A stretch of DNA of 64,000 nucleotides, from assembly GCA_002342545.1 (NCBI GenBank), contig DDQE01000036.1:1183-65182 (forward strand), given 5' to 3'. The notes beneath the pieces were generated by a model that worked only from the letters and a program-made list of their open reading frames with translations, was not told where the DNA came from and made no database searches. Origin of the DNA: Bacillales bacterium UBA2450. Lineage in GTDB: Bacteria; Bacillota_I; Bacilli_A; RFN20; CAG-826. The position numbers and the translations under genes were made by a program. This document shows positions 37,272 to 46,731 of the stretch, piece by piece; within the stretch, counting starts at the first letter, position 1, and each line of letters begins with the position of its first letter.

Positions 37272-39622
37272 AAATAGAAAAGAAAGCTCATATTGAACTA
37301 TCAGTCCATCAATTGGTGGATTTTCTTTTAAGAAGCGGCGATATTGACAACCGCGTTTTTAATCGTTCTAGTCAAACCGAAGGAAGTAGACTTCATTCTG
37401 TTTATCAATCTAGTCAAGGCAAGAACTATATTTCCGAATACCCATTAAGAAAGCAATTCCTAATTGATAATATCGAAATTGTTCTACAAGGTAGAGCGGA
37501 CGGGATTATTAAAAAAAGCGAAAAAGAATATATTATTGATGAAATCAAAACCACAGTGATTGAACTTGATGAATTTCGTGAAGAAAACCTTGAATGGCAT
37601 CTAGGCCAGGCTAAATGTTATGCCTATATGTTCGCGGACGCCCTTAAATTAGACTCTATCGGAATTAGGCTAACTTATATTAAGCAAGGCAAAAATAGCA
37701 AAAAGTTAATTGATGAGTATTATTTTCAATTTCCGGAATTAGAAAAAGACATTCTTAACTATCTAGATAATTATTTAGAGTTCTATCACGTCATTATGCG
37801 TTTAAATGAGCAAAGAAACGTCTCTATTGAACAATTGGTTTTCCCATTTAAAAGTTATCGTAAAGGACAAAAAAGCTTCTCTAAAGCGGTTTATGAGGCT
37901 GCACAAAATAAAGAAAAAATCTTTATTGAGGCACCAACTGGCATTGGAAAAACCATGTCAGCAATTTATCCATATGTAAAATATTTAAAAGAAGATGAAC
38001 AAAGTAAGATATTTTATCTTACTGCGAAGGCTACAGGAAAAGAAAACGCTCATAAAGCATTAACTATTTTAAAGGAAAATGGGCTTAGCATTACCGATAT
38101 AGTGATCACCTCGAAAGAAAAAATATGTTTTTGCAAAGGTAAAAGCTGTAACCCCGATGAATGTCCATTCACTAAAGGTTATTACAATAAAATTAAAACG
38201 ATCATTAAGGAATCTATCTTAAGATATGATGATTTTGATTATGACACGATTTGTCATATCGCTCGTAAAAATGAAATATGTCCTTTTGAATTAGAATTAG
38301 ATTTGTCTTTATATTCTGATGTTATTATATGCGATTATAACTATGTTTTTGATCCAATTTCATATATGAAACGCTATTTTGATGAAGATGCATCTCATTA
38401 TTTAGTTTTAGTAGATGAGGCTCATAATTTAGTGGATCGTAGCAAAGATATGTATTCAGCATCTGTAGATAAGAATTTATTTTTAAAGGCTAAACAAAGT
38501 TTAAGAGGTGTTTCTAATCGTAAAATCAAAAATGCCTTAGCAAGAGTTAATAAAGTATTTTTGTATTATGAAGACACTTTTGAAATTGGTACGGTTAATT
38601 TAGATGATTTCTCTTTGGAAACATATAAAGAATTCAATCACTTTATCACCTCTTATCAGGAAGTGAGCAAAGAAGAAAATAAATCAATTAGTAAAGAGCT
38701 TACTGATTTGTATATTGAAGTTAACAAATTTGTTAAAATATCAGAATTAATTTCTGATCATTTCTTAACATATGTCAAAAAAGAAACTGACAACGTGATT
38801 TTAAAAATATATTGCCTAGACGCATCAAGATTTTTAGCGTCAACTTATTCAAGAGTTAATTCAACTGCCTTGTTCTCTGCAACATTATCTCCAATTGATT
38901 ACTACGTTAATGTATTGGGCGGAGATATAAACAAGAATCAAAGCATGATTTTAGAATCTCCATTTCCAAAAGAAAATTTAAAATTAATCATCGCTCCAAA
39001 AATTTCAACGAGATATAAAAATAGAGAAAAAAGCTACGCAGATGTCGCTAACTACATTAAAACATTTGTTTCCAGTAAGATTGGTAACTATTTTATTTAT
39101 TTACCAAGCTACGAGTATTTAGATAACATTCTTCCTCTAATTGAATTCGACGAAAACGTTGATGTTTATATTCAAAAAAAGGACATGAGCGAACAAGAAA
39201 AACAAACGTTTATCTCTAATTTTCATCAGATTGATGAAAGAAGTAAAGTAGGACTCGCGATTATTGGCGGAGCGTTTGGCGAAGGAATTGACCTTGTGGG
39301 TGATGCTTTAATCGGAGTGGCAATTGTTGGAATTGGTTTACCAAAGATTAATTTTGAGAGTGATCACGTTGCTGAATATTATAAAAACAATAATGTTGAT
39401 GGCTTTAGTTATGCCTATACGTATCCAGGTATGAATAAAGTTATGCAGGCAGTTGGTAGATTAATTAGAACTGAGTCTGATCGAGGGGCTGCTTTATTAA
39501 TTGATGAAAGATATATGTGGAATGATTACAAATCTCTTTTTAAAAAAGAGTGGAGTGATTATGAAGTAGTCTTATCGGTTGATGAACTAAAGAAGACTCT
39601 ACAAAACTTTTTCAAATCCTAA
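37268..39622 (+). CDS. Fusion of an N-terminal PD-(D/E)xK (RecB/Cas4-like) nuclease domain with an XPD/DinG-type Fe-S DEAH helicase
   Basis: Nuclease motifs GRADGII...YIIDEIKT and QAKCY. Walker A APTGIGKT, Cys cluster ICFCKGKSCNPDECPF...EICPF, DEAHNL, and the C-terminal helicase motif QAVGRLIRTESDRG. Confidence 0.75.
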   Translation: MKIEKKAHIELSVHQLVDFLLRSGDIDNRVFNRSSQTEGSRLHSVYQSSQGKNYISEYPLRKQFLIDNIEIVLQGRADGIIKKSEKEYIIDEIKTTVIELDEFREENLEWHLGQAKCYAYMFADALKLDSIGIRLTYIKQGKNSKKLIDEYYFQFPELEKDILNYLDNYLEFYHVIMRLNEQRNVSIEQLVFPFKSYRKGQKSFSKAVYEAAQNKEKIFIEAPTGIGKTMSAIYPYVKYLKEDEQSKIFYLTAKATGKENAHKALTILKENGLSITDIVITSKEKICFCKGKSCNPDECPFTKGYYNKIKTIIKESILRYDDFDYDTICHIARKNEICPFELELDLSLYSDVIICDYNYVFDPISYMKRYFDEDASHYLVLVDEAHNLVDRSKDMYSASVDKNLFLKAKQSLRGVSNRKIKNALARVNKVFLYYEDTFEIGTVNLDDFSLETYKEFNHFITSYQEVSKEENKSISKELTDLYIEVNKFVKISELISDHFLTYVKKETDNVILKIYCLDASRFLASTYSRVNSTALFSATLSPIDYYVNVLGGDINKNQSMILESPFPKENLKLIIAPKISTRYKNREKSYADVANYIKTFVSSKIGNYFIYLPSYEYLDNILPLIEFDENVDVYIQKKDMSEQEKQTFISNFHQIDERSKVGLAIIGGAFGEGIDLVGDALIGVAIVGIGLPKINFESDHVAEYYKNNNVDGFSYAYTYPGMNKVMQAVGRLIRTESDRGAALLIDERYMWNDYKSLFKKEWSDYEVVLSVDELKKTLQNFFKS

Positions 39623-39648
39623 CATAAATGTTATAATGCATAGCAAAT
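39621..39648 (+). repeat. 28-bp direct repeat copy 1 (AACATAAATGTTATAATGCATAGCAAAT), containing an extended -10
   Basis: 27 of 28 positions are identical to 40803-40830. Confidence 0.85.
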
Positions 39649-39686
39649 CTATATATGATACGTATAATTATTCAAGGACCAATTAG

Positions 39687-40781
39687 ATGAAAAGTTGTTT
39701 AGTTGTCATTCAAAATTTAACTAAAAGTGGCTCACCACAAACATTTTTGCATGTAATTGAAGCCTTAAAAAAAGAAGGTTTTGTAGTCGATACTTATGCC
39801 TATTCGGTGTTTGATGATAAAGCAGATTTAGCAATGCTAAAAGCGTATCAAGATGTTTGCAGAAACATTTATTTTAATAAAATTAATGGGAACTCTCTTT
39901 TATATAGATTCTTTCCTTTCTTGCTTCTTTCTAGTATTAAAAAACTAATCAAGAAAGGGCAGTATGATATGTTTTTAACAAACAATTTTTATATCTCTGC
40001 TTATGTTGCAAAAAAAGAATATGGAAAAATCAAAAATATCTATTATTCTCTTGGAAACGTAAATCAAAAGAGCAAATATTGGATCTTTAGAAGAAAAGAT
40101 ATTTATATTAAAAAACTAGTCACTAAAGTTGATGCTTATATTGGAATATCAAATTTAGCTTTTTTTGATGATATTGAAATTCCGAATAATAAAAAATTTG
40201 TTTTAATGGATTATCCAAACGAATGTTATCCAAACATTGTTAAAGACAATAAGCAAGATTTAACTATTGGACAAATTGGATATTTTTCTCAAAACAAGAA
40301 TCAGCTTTTTACGATAGAACTGTTTAACAAAGTTAAAGAATGCTTTCCAAATGCAACTTTGTTATTTGTTGGATATCAATCATCTGATGAACCAAATTAT
40401 ATTGAGGAAGTTAAAAAGAGAGTTGCTGATTTAGGACTTTCTAGTAGCGTTATCTTTCTTCCGCCTAATTATGATAAAGAAGCATTATTTAAACAGATTG
40501 ATGTATTGCTTCTTCCTTCATTTCTTGAAGGCCTTCCAATTTCGTTGATGGAAGCACAATTCTCAAATACACCTTGTATTGCTTCCGAATTTATTTCTAG
40601 TGATGCAGATTTTGGTTTATTAAAAAGATTACCGCTCAACACTGATGAATGGTTAAAAGAAATAAGAAACACTGATTATAAAATTCCTAGACGTCCGAAG
40701 TATATTTATACTTCTGAAGAATTTAAAAAACGTATTAAGCACATAATTGATTACGTTTTTAAGTCATCAAGTCAATCTTAA
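39687..40781 (+). CDS. Glycosyltransferase, GT4-like (GT-B fold)
   Basis: The C-terminal segment LLLPSFLEGLPISLMEAQ, an E-x7-E type motif. Confidence 0.7.
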   Translation: MKSCLVVIQNLTKSGSPQTFLHVIEALKKEGFVVDTYAYSVFDDKADLAMLKAYQDVCRNIYFNKINGNSLLYRFFPFLLLSSIKKLIKKGQYDMFLTNNFYISAYVAKKEYGKIKNIYYSLGNVNQKSKYWIFRRKDIYIKKLVTKVDAYIGISNLAFFDDIEIPNNKKFVLMDYPNECYPNIVKDNKQDLTIGQIGYFSQNKNQLFTIELFNKVKECFPNATLLFVGYQSSDEPNYIEEVKKRVADLGLSSSVIFLPPNYDKEALFKQIDVLLLPSFLEGLPISLMEAQFSNTPCIASEFISSDADFGLLKRLPLNTDEWLKEIRNTDYKIPRRPKYIYTSEEFKKRIKHIIDYVFKSSSQS

Positions 40782-40802
40782 TAAACCTCTATTTATAAAT
40801 TT

Positions 40803-40830
40803 AACATAAATGTTATAATGCTTAGCAAAT
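40803..40830 (+). repeat. 28-bp direct repeat copy 2, which is the lepA promoter (TGtTATAAT at 40811-40819)
   Basis: AACATAAATGTTATAATGCTTAGCAAAT lies immediately 5' of the lepA ATG. Confidence 0.85.
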
Positions 40831-42645
40831 ATGAATTTTGATCAAAAATACACAAGAAATTTCTCAATTATCGCTCATATCGATCACGGCAAGAGCACAC
40901 TTGCTGATCGTATTTTAGAATCGACTGGGGCGGTCTCTTCTAGAGAAATGAAAGATCAAATCCTTGACTCTATGGATTTAGAAAGAGAGCGAGGAATCAC
41001 TATTAAGTTAAATGCAGTGACATTATCCTACACTAGTGATGATGGAAACACTTATATTTTTAATTTAATAGACACTCCTGGGCATGTTGACTTTACTTAT
41101 GAAGTGTCACGTTCTTTAGCAGCTTGCGAAGGAGCGGTCTTGGTGGTGGATGCTACTCAAGGAGTAGAAGCTCAAACATTAGCAAATGTCTATCTAGCAA
41201 TTGATAATGATTTAGCAATTTTACCTGTAATCAATAAAATTGATTTACCAAGCGCTATGCCAGAATGGGCAAAAGAAGAAATCGAAAAGCGTATTGGAAT
41301 ATCTAGTGAAGAAGCAGTGGAAGTCTCCGCTAAAACTGGTTTTCATATCCATGAATTATTAGAAGCAATTGTTAAAGAAATTCCTGCTCCTAATGGAGAT
41401 GAATCTGCTCCACTTAAAGCGCTTATTTTTGATTCATATTACGACTCTTATAGAGGTGTAGTAATTCTTATTAGAATTAAAGAAGGCTCAGTTAAAGTTG
41501 GAGACCATATTAAATTAATGCAATCAAACAAGGACTATATTGTTACCGAACTTGGAATTAGATCCCCTGATGAAATTAAACTCAAAGAGTTAAAGTGCGG
41601 ACAAGTTGGCTACTTATGCGCGCAAATAAAAGACATCCGTGATGTGCGTCCTGGTGACACTGTAACTTCATTTGATAACCCTGCTAATAAAGCTCTATCT
41701 GGATATCGAGATATCAACCCGATGGTGTTTTGCGGACTATACCCAGTAGATAGTGACGATTATCAAGATTTAAAAGATGCTTTAGAGAAGTTATCTCTAA
41801 ATGATGCTTCATTACAATTTGTTCCTGAAACTTCTCAAGCCTTAGGCTTTGGCTTTAGATGTGGCTTTTTAGGACTCCTTCATATGGATGTCATTCAAGA
41901 AAGGCTTGAAAGAGAATATAATATTGACCTAATTTTAACTGCACCTTCGGTGATATATCATGTTTATCTCACTAATGGAGAGATGGTGCCAATTGATAAC
42001 CCATCTAAACTTCCAGACTCTTCTAAGATCAATAGAATCGAAGAACCATATGTTAAGGCTAATATTATGACTCCAAAGGAGTATGTAGGCCCAATCATGG
42101 AACTTTGCCAAGAGAAGCGTGGCATTTATTTAGATCTACAATATTTTGATGACACTAGAATGATATTGGTTTATGAATTACCATTATCTGAAATTGTTTA
42201 CAATTTCTTTGATAAACTAAAAAGCTGCACTAAAGGTTATGCTTCATTTGATTATGAACCATCCATTTATCGACCAAGTGATTTAATTAAGATGGATGTT
42301 TTATTAAACGGACAAGTAGTAGATGCTTTGTCTAGTATTGTTTATAGACCTCAAGCTTATAATAGAGGCTTAGGAATAATTCGAAGAATTAAAACTGTTA
42401 TTCCTCGTCAACAATTCGAAATTCCTATTCAGGCAGCAATAGGTGGTAAGATTATCGCTCGTGTAGATGTAAAGGCTGTGCGCAAAGACGTTCTCGCTAA
42501 GTGTTATGGTGGAGATATATCCCGTAAAAAGAAGCTTTTGGAGAAACAAAAAGAAGGTAAGAAGCGCATGAAGAAAGTTGGATCTGTAGAAGTTCCTCAA
42601 GAAGCATTCATGTCAATCTTATCGATTGACGAAGAAGAAAATTAA
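40831..42645 (+). CDS. lepA: Elongation factor 4
   Basis: The [29 protein letters not shown] and NKID motifs, plus the LepA C-terminal domain. Confidence 0.95.
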   Translation: MNFDQKYTRNFSIIAHIDHGKSTLADRILESTGAVSSREMKDQILDSMDLERERGITIKLNAVTLSYTSDDGNTYIFNLIDTPGHVDFTYEVSRSLAACEGAVLVVDATQGVEAQTLANVYLAIDNDLAILPVINKIDLPSAMPEWAKEEIEKRIGISSEEAVEVSAKTGFHIHELLEAIVKEIPAPNGDESAPLKALIFDSYYDSYRGVVILIRIKEGSVKVGDHIKLMQSNKDYIVTELGIRSPDEIKLKELKCGQVGYLCAQIKDIRDVRPGDTVTSFDNPANKALSGYRDINPMVFCGLYPVDSDDYQDLKDALEKLSLNDASLQFVPETSQALGFGFRCGFLGLLHMDVIQERLEREYNIDLILTAPSVIYHVYLTNGEMVPIDNPSKLPDSSKINRIEEPYVKANIMTPKEYVGPIMELCQEKRGIYLDLQYFDDTRMILVYELPLSEIVYNFFDKLKSCTKGYASFDYEPSIYRPSDLIKMDVLLNGQVVDALSSIVYRPQAYNRGLGIIRRIKTVIPRQQFEIPIQAAIGGKIIARVDVKAVRKDVLAKCYGGDISRKKKLLEKQKEGKKRMKKVGSVEVPQEAFMSILSIDEEEN

Positions 42646-42739
42646 TAATAATTTGGTAAAAAATTAGTAGGTTTTTAGTTTTGCTATTGTAAAACAAATC
42701 TGCTTTTTTTATAATGTAAACAGCAAAGGAGTTTATTTT

Positions 42740-44191
42740 ATGGGTGTTAATGATATTGCAGTAAGATTTACTGAAGATAAATACGCTACTAAAAACGAAG
42801 TATCACGTGAATTAAAAATCTCTGTGATTGATGGTGTTTGGGATAAGATTTTATCTTATCGTGCTCCATTTTGTCATTATTTAGCAATTAGAGGAACAGA
42901 TAAGAACCAATTAAGAGTTTGCTTATGTCCAACTATTTCCAGCAATTTAAATACAGTCGAGGCTAAATTATTAAGAATTGTTAGCGAAGCAAACAAACTA
43001 GATAGCGTGAATAGCGATAAACAATATTTCCGTCAGTCTTGCTTAGTGAAGAGTTTACAAAATATTGCTTTAGCAAATCTCGCCGTTAGCGATGAACAAC
43101 ATGTTAGAGGCGTTTTGCTAGGATCAACTAATGATATTGCTTTAGCAAATTATCTAAAAGCTTTGAAATATGTTGAATCAAAGCATGAAGAACCTCTTGA
43201 TGTTGATTATTTAGCTGAACTTTATAGTAGAGTTACAGGCAATGATGAATTAACCTCTTTCTATCGTACAAAAGAAATGGAAGATAGTGGGGCTAATGTT
43301 CTTATTTCCCGTGTTTATAAATGCGCACCAACCCATTTAATTGAACCAATGATGGATTCATTATTCAACTTTGTTGAAAAATCCAATATATCTCCTTTAT
43401 GCCGCGCTTTGATTAGCTATTACTATATTCAATTTGTTAAGCCATTTGATAAATGTAATAATGAGATTTCAACTTTATTTGCCAAAGCTGTACTTGCTCA
43501 TTATTCATTGGGGGAATTTGCTATTTACATTCCTTTTGAAGCCTTCCTTAATGAGAGTGAAGGTGAAATGGAAAAGATTTTACACGATGTTCAGACAAGT
43601 TCAGATGTCACTTATTTCTTAACTTTTGCCTTAAGATTTATTGGCAAAGAATTCGATAAAATGCTTGATTCTTTAGCGGAATATTCTACTAAGGTCATCA
43701 AAGATGACTTCTATCAACTTGACGAAGAAGAAAAGTCAGATCAAATAAGTTTATTCTCTATCGAACCAGAGCCAGTTAAAGAAGAGCCTAAGCCAGAACC
43801 AAAGCCTGCGGTTGAACCTGCTCCAGCTATAAAAGAAACTCCAAAAGTGGAGCCTGTCAAAAAAGAAGTTGAAGTTAAAACTTCGCCAATTATTGAAAAA
43901 CCAGCGGGTCTTGCTGTATCTTATATCCCAGAAGAACTCGATGAGAAAACCGCTGCTAGATTAGAAAGACATCTACTTGAATTAGATGTAAGATTATCTA
44001 AGGGGCAAGCTCATTTCTATGCTAGACACTGCACCCTTGGTATGTATTACACAATTGATCAATACAAAAAAGCGACTAGATGTGTCTATGAAACAGCGAG
44101 AACTTCGATGGATAAACTCGTAGAGTTTGGTTATTATGCCAAAACACAGGCCGGGAAGAAATTTGTTTATACTCCAGTAAAAAGAAATTAA
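42740..44191 (+). CDS. Fic-fold protein with a degenerate catalytic motif, a P/E/K-rich linker and a C-terminal winged-helix domain
   Basis: PLCRALISYYYIQFVKPFDKCNNEISTLFAKAVL aligns to the Fic core (HPFxDGNGR becomes KPFDKCNNE). The linker is EPEPVKEEPKPEPKPAVEPAP. The C-terminus is TARTSMDKLVEFGYY. Confidence 0.55.
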   Translation: MGVNDIAVRFTEDKYATKNEVSRELKISVIDGVWDKILSYRAPFCHYLAIRGTDKNQLRVCLCPTISSNLNTVEAKLLRIVSEANKLDSVNSDKQYFRQSCLVKSLQNIALANLAVSDEQHVRGVLLGSTNDIALANYLKALKYVESKHEEPLDVDYLAELYSRVTGNDELTSFYRTKEMEDSGANVLISRVYKCAPTHLIEPMMDSLFNFVEKSNISPLCRALISYYYIQFVKPFDKCNNEISTLFAKAVLAHYSLGEFAIYIPFEAFLNESEGEMEKILHDVQTSSDVTYFLTFALRFIGKEFDKMLDSLAEYSTKVIKDDFYQLDEEEKSDQISLFSIEPEPVKEEPKPEPKPAVEPAPAIKETPKVEPVKKEVEVKTSPIIEKPAGLAVSYIPEELDEKTAARLERHLLELDVRLSKGQAHFYARHCTLGMYYTIDQYKKATRCVYETARTSMDKLVEFGYYAKTQAGKKFVYTPVKRN

Positions 44192-44212
44192 TCAGAAAGT
44201 GAGATAAATATT

Positions 44213-44449
44213 ATGACATTAGCAGCATTAAATGGTGGAATCATATTCCTAATCATCTTAGGCGCCGCAGCAATTATTGCGTTAATCGCCTTCTTGATTT
44301 ACTTATATTTGAAACCAAAACTAAAAAAAGATGATAAACCAACCGAAGAACAAATTGTTCGTGAGGAAATTGAACGAGTTTTGAAACCAATTGATGACGA
44401 AGAAACCGCTAAGGCGGTTGAACAATATAAGGATGAGGACGAAGACTAA
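44213..44449 (+). CDS. Small single-pass membrane protein with an acidic tail
   Basis: 78 aa with a TM helix (IIFLIILGAAAIIALIAFLIYLYL). gtgag lies upstream. Its 3' end overlaps the hemW start. Confidence 0.4.
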   Translation: MTLAALNGGIIFLIILGAAAIIALIAFLIYLYLKPKLKKDDKPTEEQIVREEIERVLKPIDDEETAKAVEQYKDEDED

Positions 44450-45539
44450 TTTTCCTAAAGCCTTATATATTCACATTCCTTTTTGTGAATCAATATGTGA
44501 TTACTGTGACTTTACGAAGTTGCAGTATTTTCATTCTTTCGCTGAAAAATATCTAGTAGCGTTAAAAAAAGAACTAAATGAAAAGGTGACTAATAAAGAA
44601 TTAGACACCATTTATATAGGTGGGGGAACTCCTACATCTTTAAACGATGAGCAATTTGAAGAACTGCTTAAAATGGTGGATCCACTAGCTAAAAGTGTTA
44701 AAGAATATACAGTAGAAGCTAATCCGGAATCATTAACTTTATCAAAGATAAAATTATTAAAGAAATATGGAGTTAACCGTGTTTCTATTGGAGTAGAATC
44801 GACCAATAATCAAATTTTAAAATCTATTAATCGTAAGCATACTTTTGAAGATGTTAAAACCGCTGTTGATAATTTAAGAGAAAATGGAATTAACAACATT
44901 AATCTTGATTTAATTATTGGTTTGCCAAATGTTTCATTCAAAATGTTAGAAAAAGATATTTGTAATATCTTATCATTAAATCCAAATCATATTTCTTGCT
45001 ATAGTTTAACAGTGCATGAACATACAGTGTTTTATATCAATAAGATTGAAGAACCTAATGAAGAATATTCCTATGAAGCATACAAAACAATAAATTCATT
45101 ATTAGAAGAAAATGGATTTATCCATTATGAAGTTTCTAATTGGTCTAAGCCTGGATTTGAAAGTCTACATAATTTAACTTATTGGCGTAATGAACAATAT
45201 TATGGTCTTGGACTAGGCGCTAGTGGATATATCGATAATATTAGATATAAAAATACCACAAACTTTAATAAATATATTTCATTTAAAAATGAAATAGAAC
45301 AGGAAGTAGTGACATTAGAAGATAATAGACAATACGAAATCATGCTTCGTTTAAGAACAAAAGAAGGAATTGATGTCTTAGATTTTAAAGATAAATTTGG
45401 CTATGACATTTATGAAAGAAATAAAGATGTTATCGATGACTATATTAATAGAGGCTATTTATTAACAAGCGCTAGAAGAATTGTTCCAACATTTGAAGGA
45501 ATGATGATATTAGACAAAATTTATCTAGATCTTGCCTAA
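44433..45539 (+). CDS. hemW: Radical SAM heme chaperone HemW (HemN-like)
   Basis: LYIHIPFCESICDYCDF (CxxxCxxC). ATG 44433 is preferred; 44391 is possible. Confidence 0.8.
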   Translation: MRTKTNFPKALYIHIPFCESICDYCDFTKLQYFHSFAEKYLVALKKELNEKVTNKELDTIYIGGGTPTSLNDEQFEELLKMVDPLAKSVKEYTVEANPESLTLSKIKLLKKYGVNRVSIGVESTNNQILKSINRKHTFEDVKTAVDNLRENGINNINLDLIIGLPNVSFKMLEKDICNILSLNPNHISCYSLTVHEHTVFYINKIEEPNEEYSYEAYKTINSLLEENGFIHYEVSNWSKPGFESLHNLTYWRNEQYYGLGLGASGYIDNIRYKNTTNFNKYISFKNEIEQEVVTLEDNRQYEIMLRLRTKEGIDVLDFKDKFGYDIYERNKDVIDDYINRGYLLTSARRIVPTFEGMMILDKIYLDLA

Positions 45540-45613
45540 AAATATAAAAATATAAGGATATATAGGCGCGTAAAGGCGTCTTTTTTCATATTTTTACTTC
45601 GTAATTAAAAAAA

Positions 45614-45640
45614 TTAGCACTTATGTGTTGACAGTGCTAA
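45614..45640 (+). promoter_or_regulatory. CIRCE element 1 (TTAGCACTT-N9-CAGTGCTAA), overlapping -35 TTGACA at 45628-45633
   Basis: Matches the CIRCE consensus TTAGCACTC-N9-GAGTGCTAA. TATAAT at 45650-45655 lies 16 nt downstream of the -35. Confidence 0.9.
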
Positions 45641-45659
45641 CAAAGAAGTTATAATAGTA

Positions 45660-45686
45660 TTAGCACTTGAAAATGAGGAGTGCTAA
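45660..45686 (+). promoter_or_regulatory. CIRCE element 2 (TTAGCACTT-N9-GAGTGCTAA) in the hrcA 5' UTR
   Basis: Near-perfect CIRCE consensus, directly before the aaaggagg SD. Confidence 0.9.
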
Positions 45687-45699
45687 AAGGAGGTCAAAA

Positions 45700-46731
45700 A
45701 TGTCATTAACAAGAAGCGAAGCCATCTTAAAGATGATAGTGGAATATTTCATTAAAACCGCTGAACCTGTTGGCTCCCATACCCTTATTGAAGAATATCA
45801 ACTTCCTTATAGTAGCGCGACCATTAGAAATGAGATGAGTGCTCTAGAGAAGATGGGGTATCTTGAAAAGCCTCACACAAGCGCAGGCAGAATTCCTTCT
45901 TCTAAAGGATATGAATATTATTGCGAACATTTAAGAGACAAAGATGTTGATGATCAACTTAGATATTCACTTCAAAATGTCTTATCTAGCAAGATTCAAA
46001 GTATTGAAGAAGTAATCAAACAAAGCTGCGAGATTATATCACATATGACTAATCTCGTTAGTGTGGTCTCTCGAAGTGATGAAGATCTTGAAAGACTAGC
46101 GTCAGTGCAATTAATTCCAATTAACGAGAATACAATTACCGCAATCTTTGTGACTGATAAAGGCTATGTTCAAAATAAAACATTCATCTTAAGCGAGAAC
46201 ATCAAATCAGAAGACATCGTAAAGTGTGTTGAACTTCTTAATCAAAGATTAAAAGGAACTCCAATTGGCGAATTAGTGCCAAAGATGGAACTAATTAAAC
46301 CAATTCTCTCGGATTACGTTATCTCTCATGATGCGGTGTATCAAGCTTTATTAGAAACATTTGTAAGATTTGCGGGAGATCGATTATCGCTTTATGGAAG
46401 AGAAGAATTATTCTCTCACCCAGAATTCAAAAATGATACTGAAGCGTTAATTAGAGTAATGAAACTCCTTGATGATGCCTCCTTATTTAAAAAAGTAGAT
46501 ATGAAGGCTCTTGGAGAAAAAGAACCAGTAGTGAACATCGGAGATGTTGAAGGTAACCCAGATGTTGCTCTTATCACAGCGAAAATTAAAGTTGGCGATG
46601 AAGAAAACACCATCACCTTGGTGGGACCAAAAAGAATGGACTACGATAAAGCAATGTCCGCTCTAGAATATCTCTCCGAAGAATTAGATAAGTATTTCAA
46701 CGATAAAGGAGGAAATGAAAGTGGAGAATAA
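45700..46731 (+). CDS. hrcA: Heat-inducible transcription repressor HrcA
   Basis: LTRSEAILKMIVEYFIKTAEPVGS N-terminal wHTH. Start at ATG 45700 after aaaggagg; the track start lies inside CIRCE 2. Confidence 0.9.
   Translation: MSLTRSEAILKMIVEYFIKTAEPVGSHTLIEEYQLPYSSATIRNEMSALEKMGYLEKPHTSAGRIPSSKGYEYYCEHLRDKDVDDQLRYSLQNVLSSKIQSIEEVIKQSCEIISHMTNLVSVVSRSDEDLERLASVQLIPINENTITAIFVTDKGYVQNKTFILSENIKSEDIVKCVELLNQRLKGTPIGELVPKMELIKPILSDYVISHDAVYQALLETFVRFAGDRLSLYGREELFSHPEFKNDTEALIRVMKLLDDASLFKKVDMKALGEKEPVVNIGDVEGNPDVALITAKIKVGDEENTITLVGPKRMDYDKAMSALEYLSEELDKYFNDKGGNESGE

Noticed and set aside
43434-43622. 62-aa alternative-frame ORF inside the Fic-like gene. The same applies to 26733-26924 inside alaS.
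   Set aside because: Each is embedded in the same strand of a longer, motif-supported CDS, with no independent SD or promoter.
45541-45613. GC-containing segment (GGCGCGTAAAGGCGTC plus a T-run) after hemW, considered as a terminator hairpin.
   Set aside because: The two GC blocks are direct, not inverted, repeats, and I could not draw a convincing stem. It was left unannotated.
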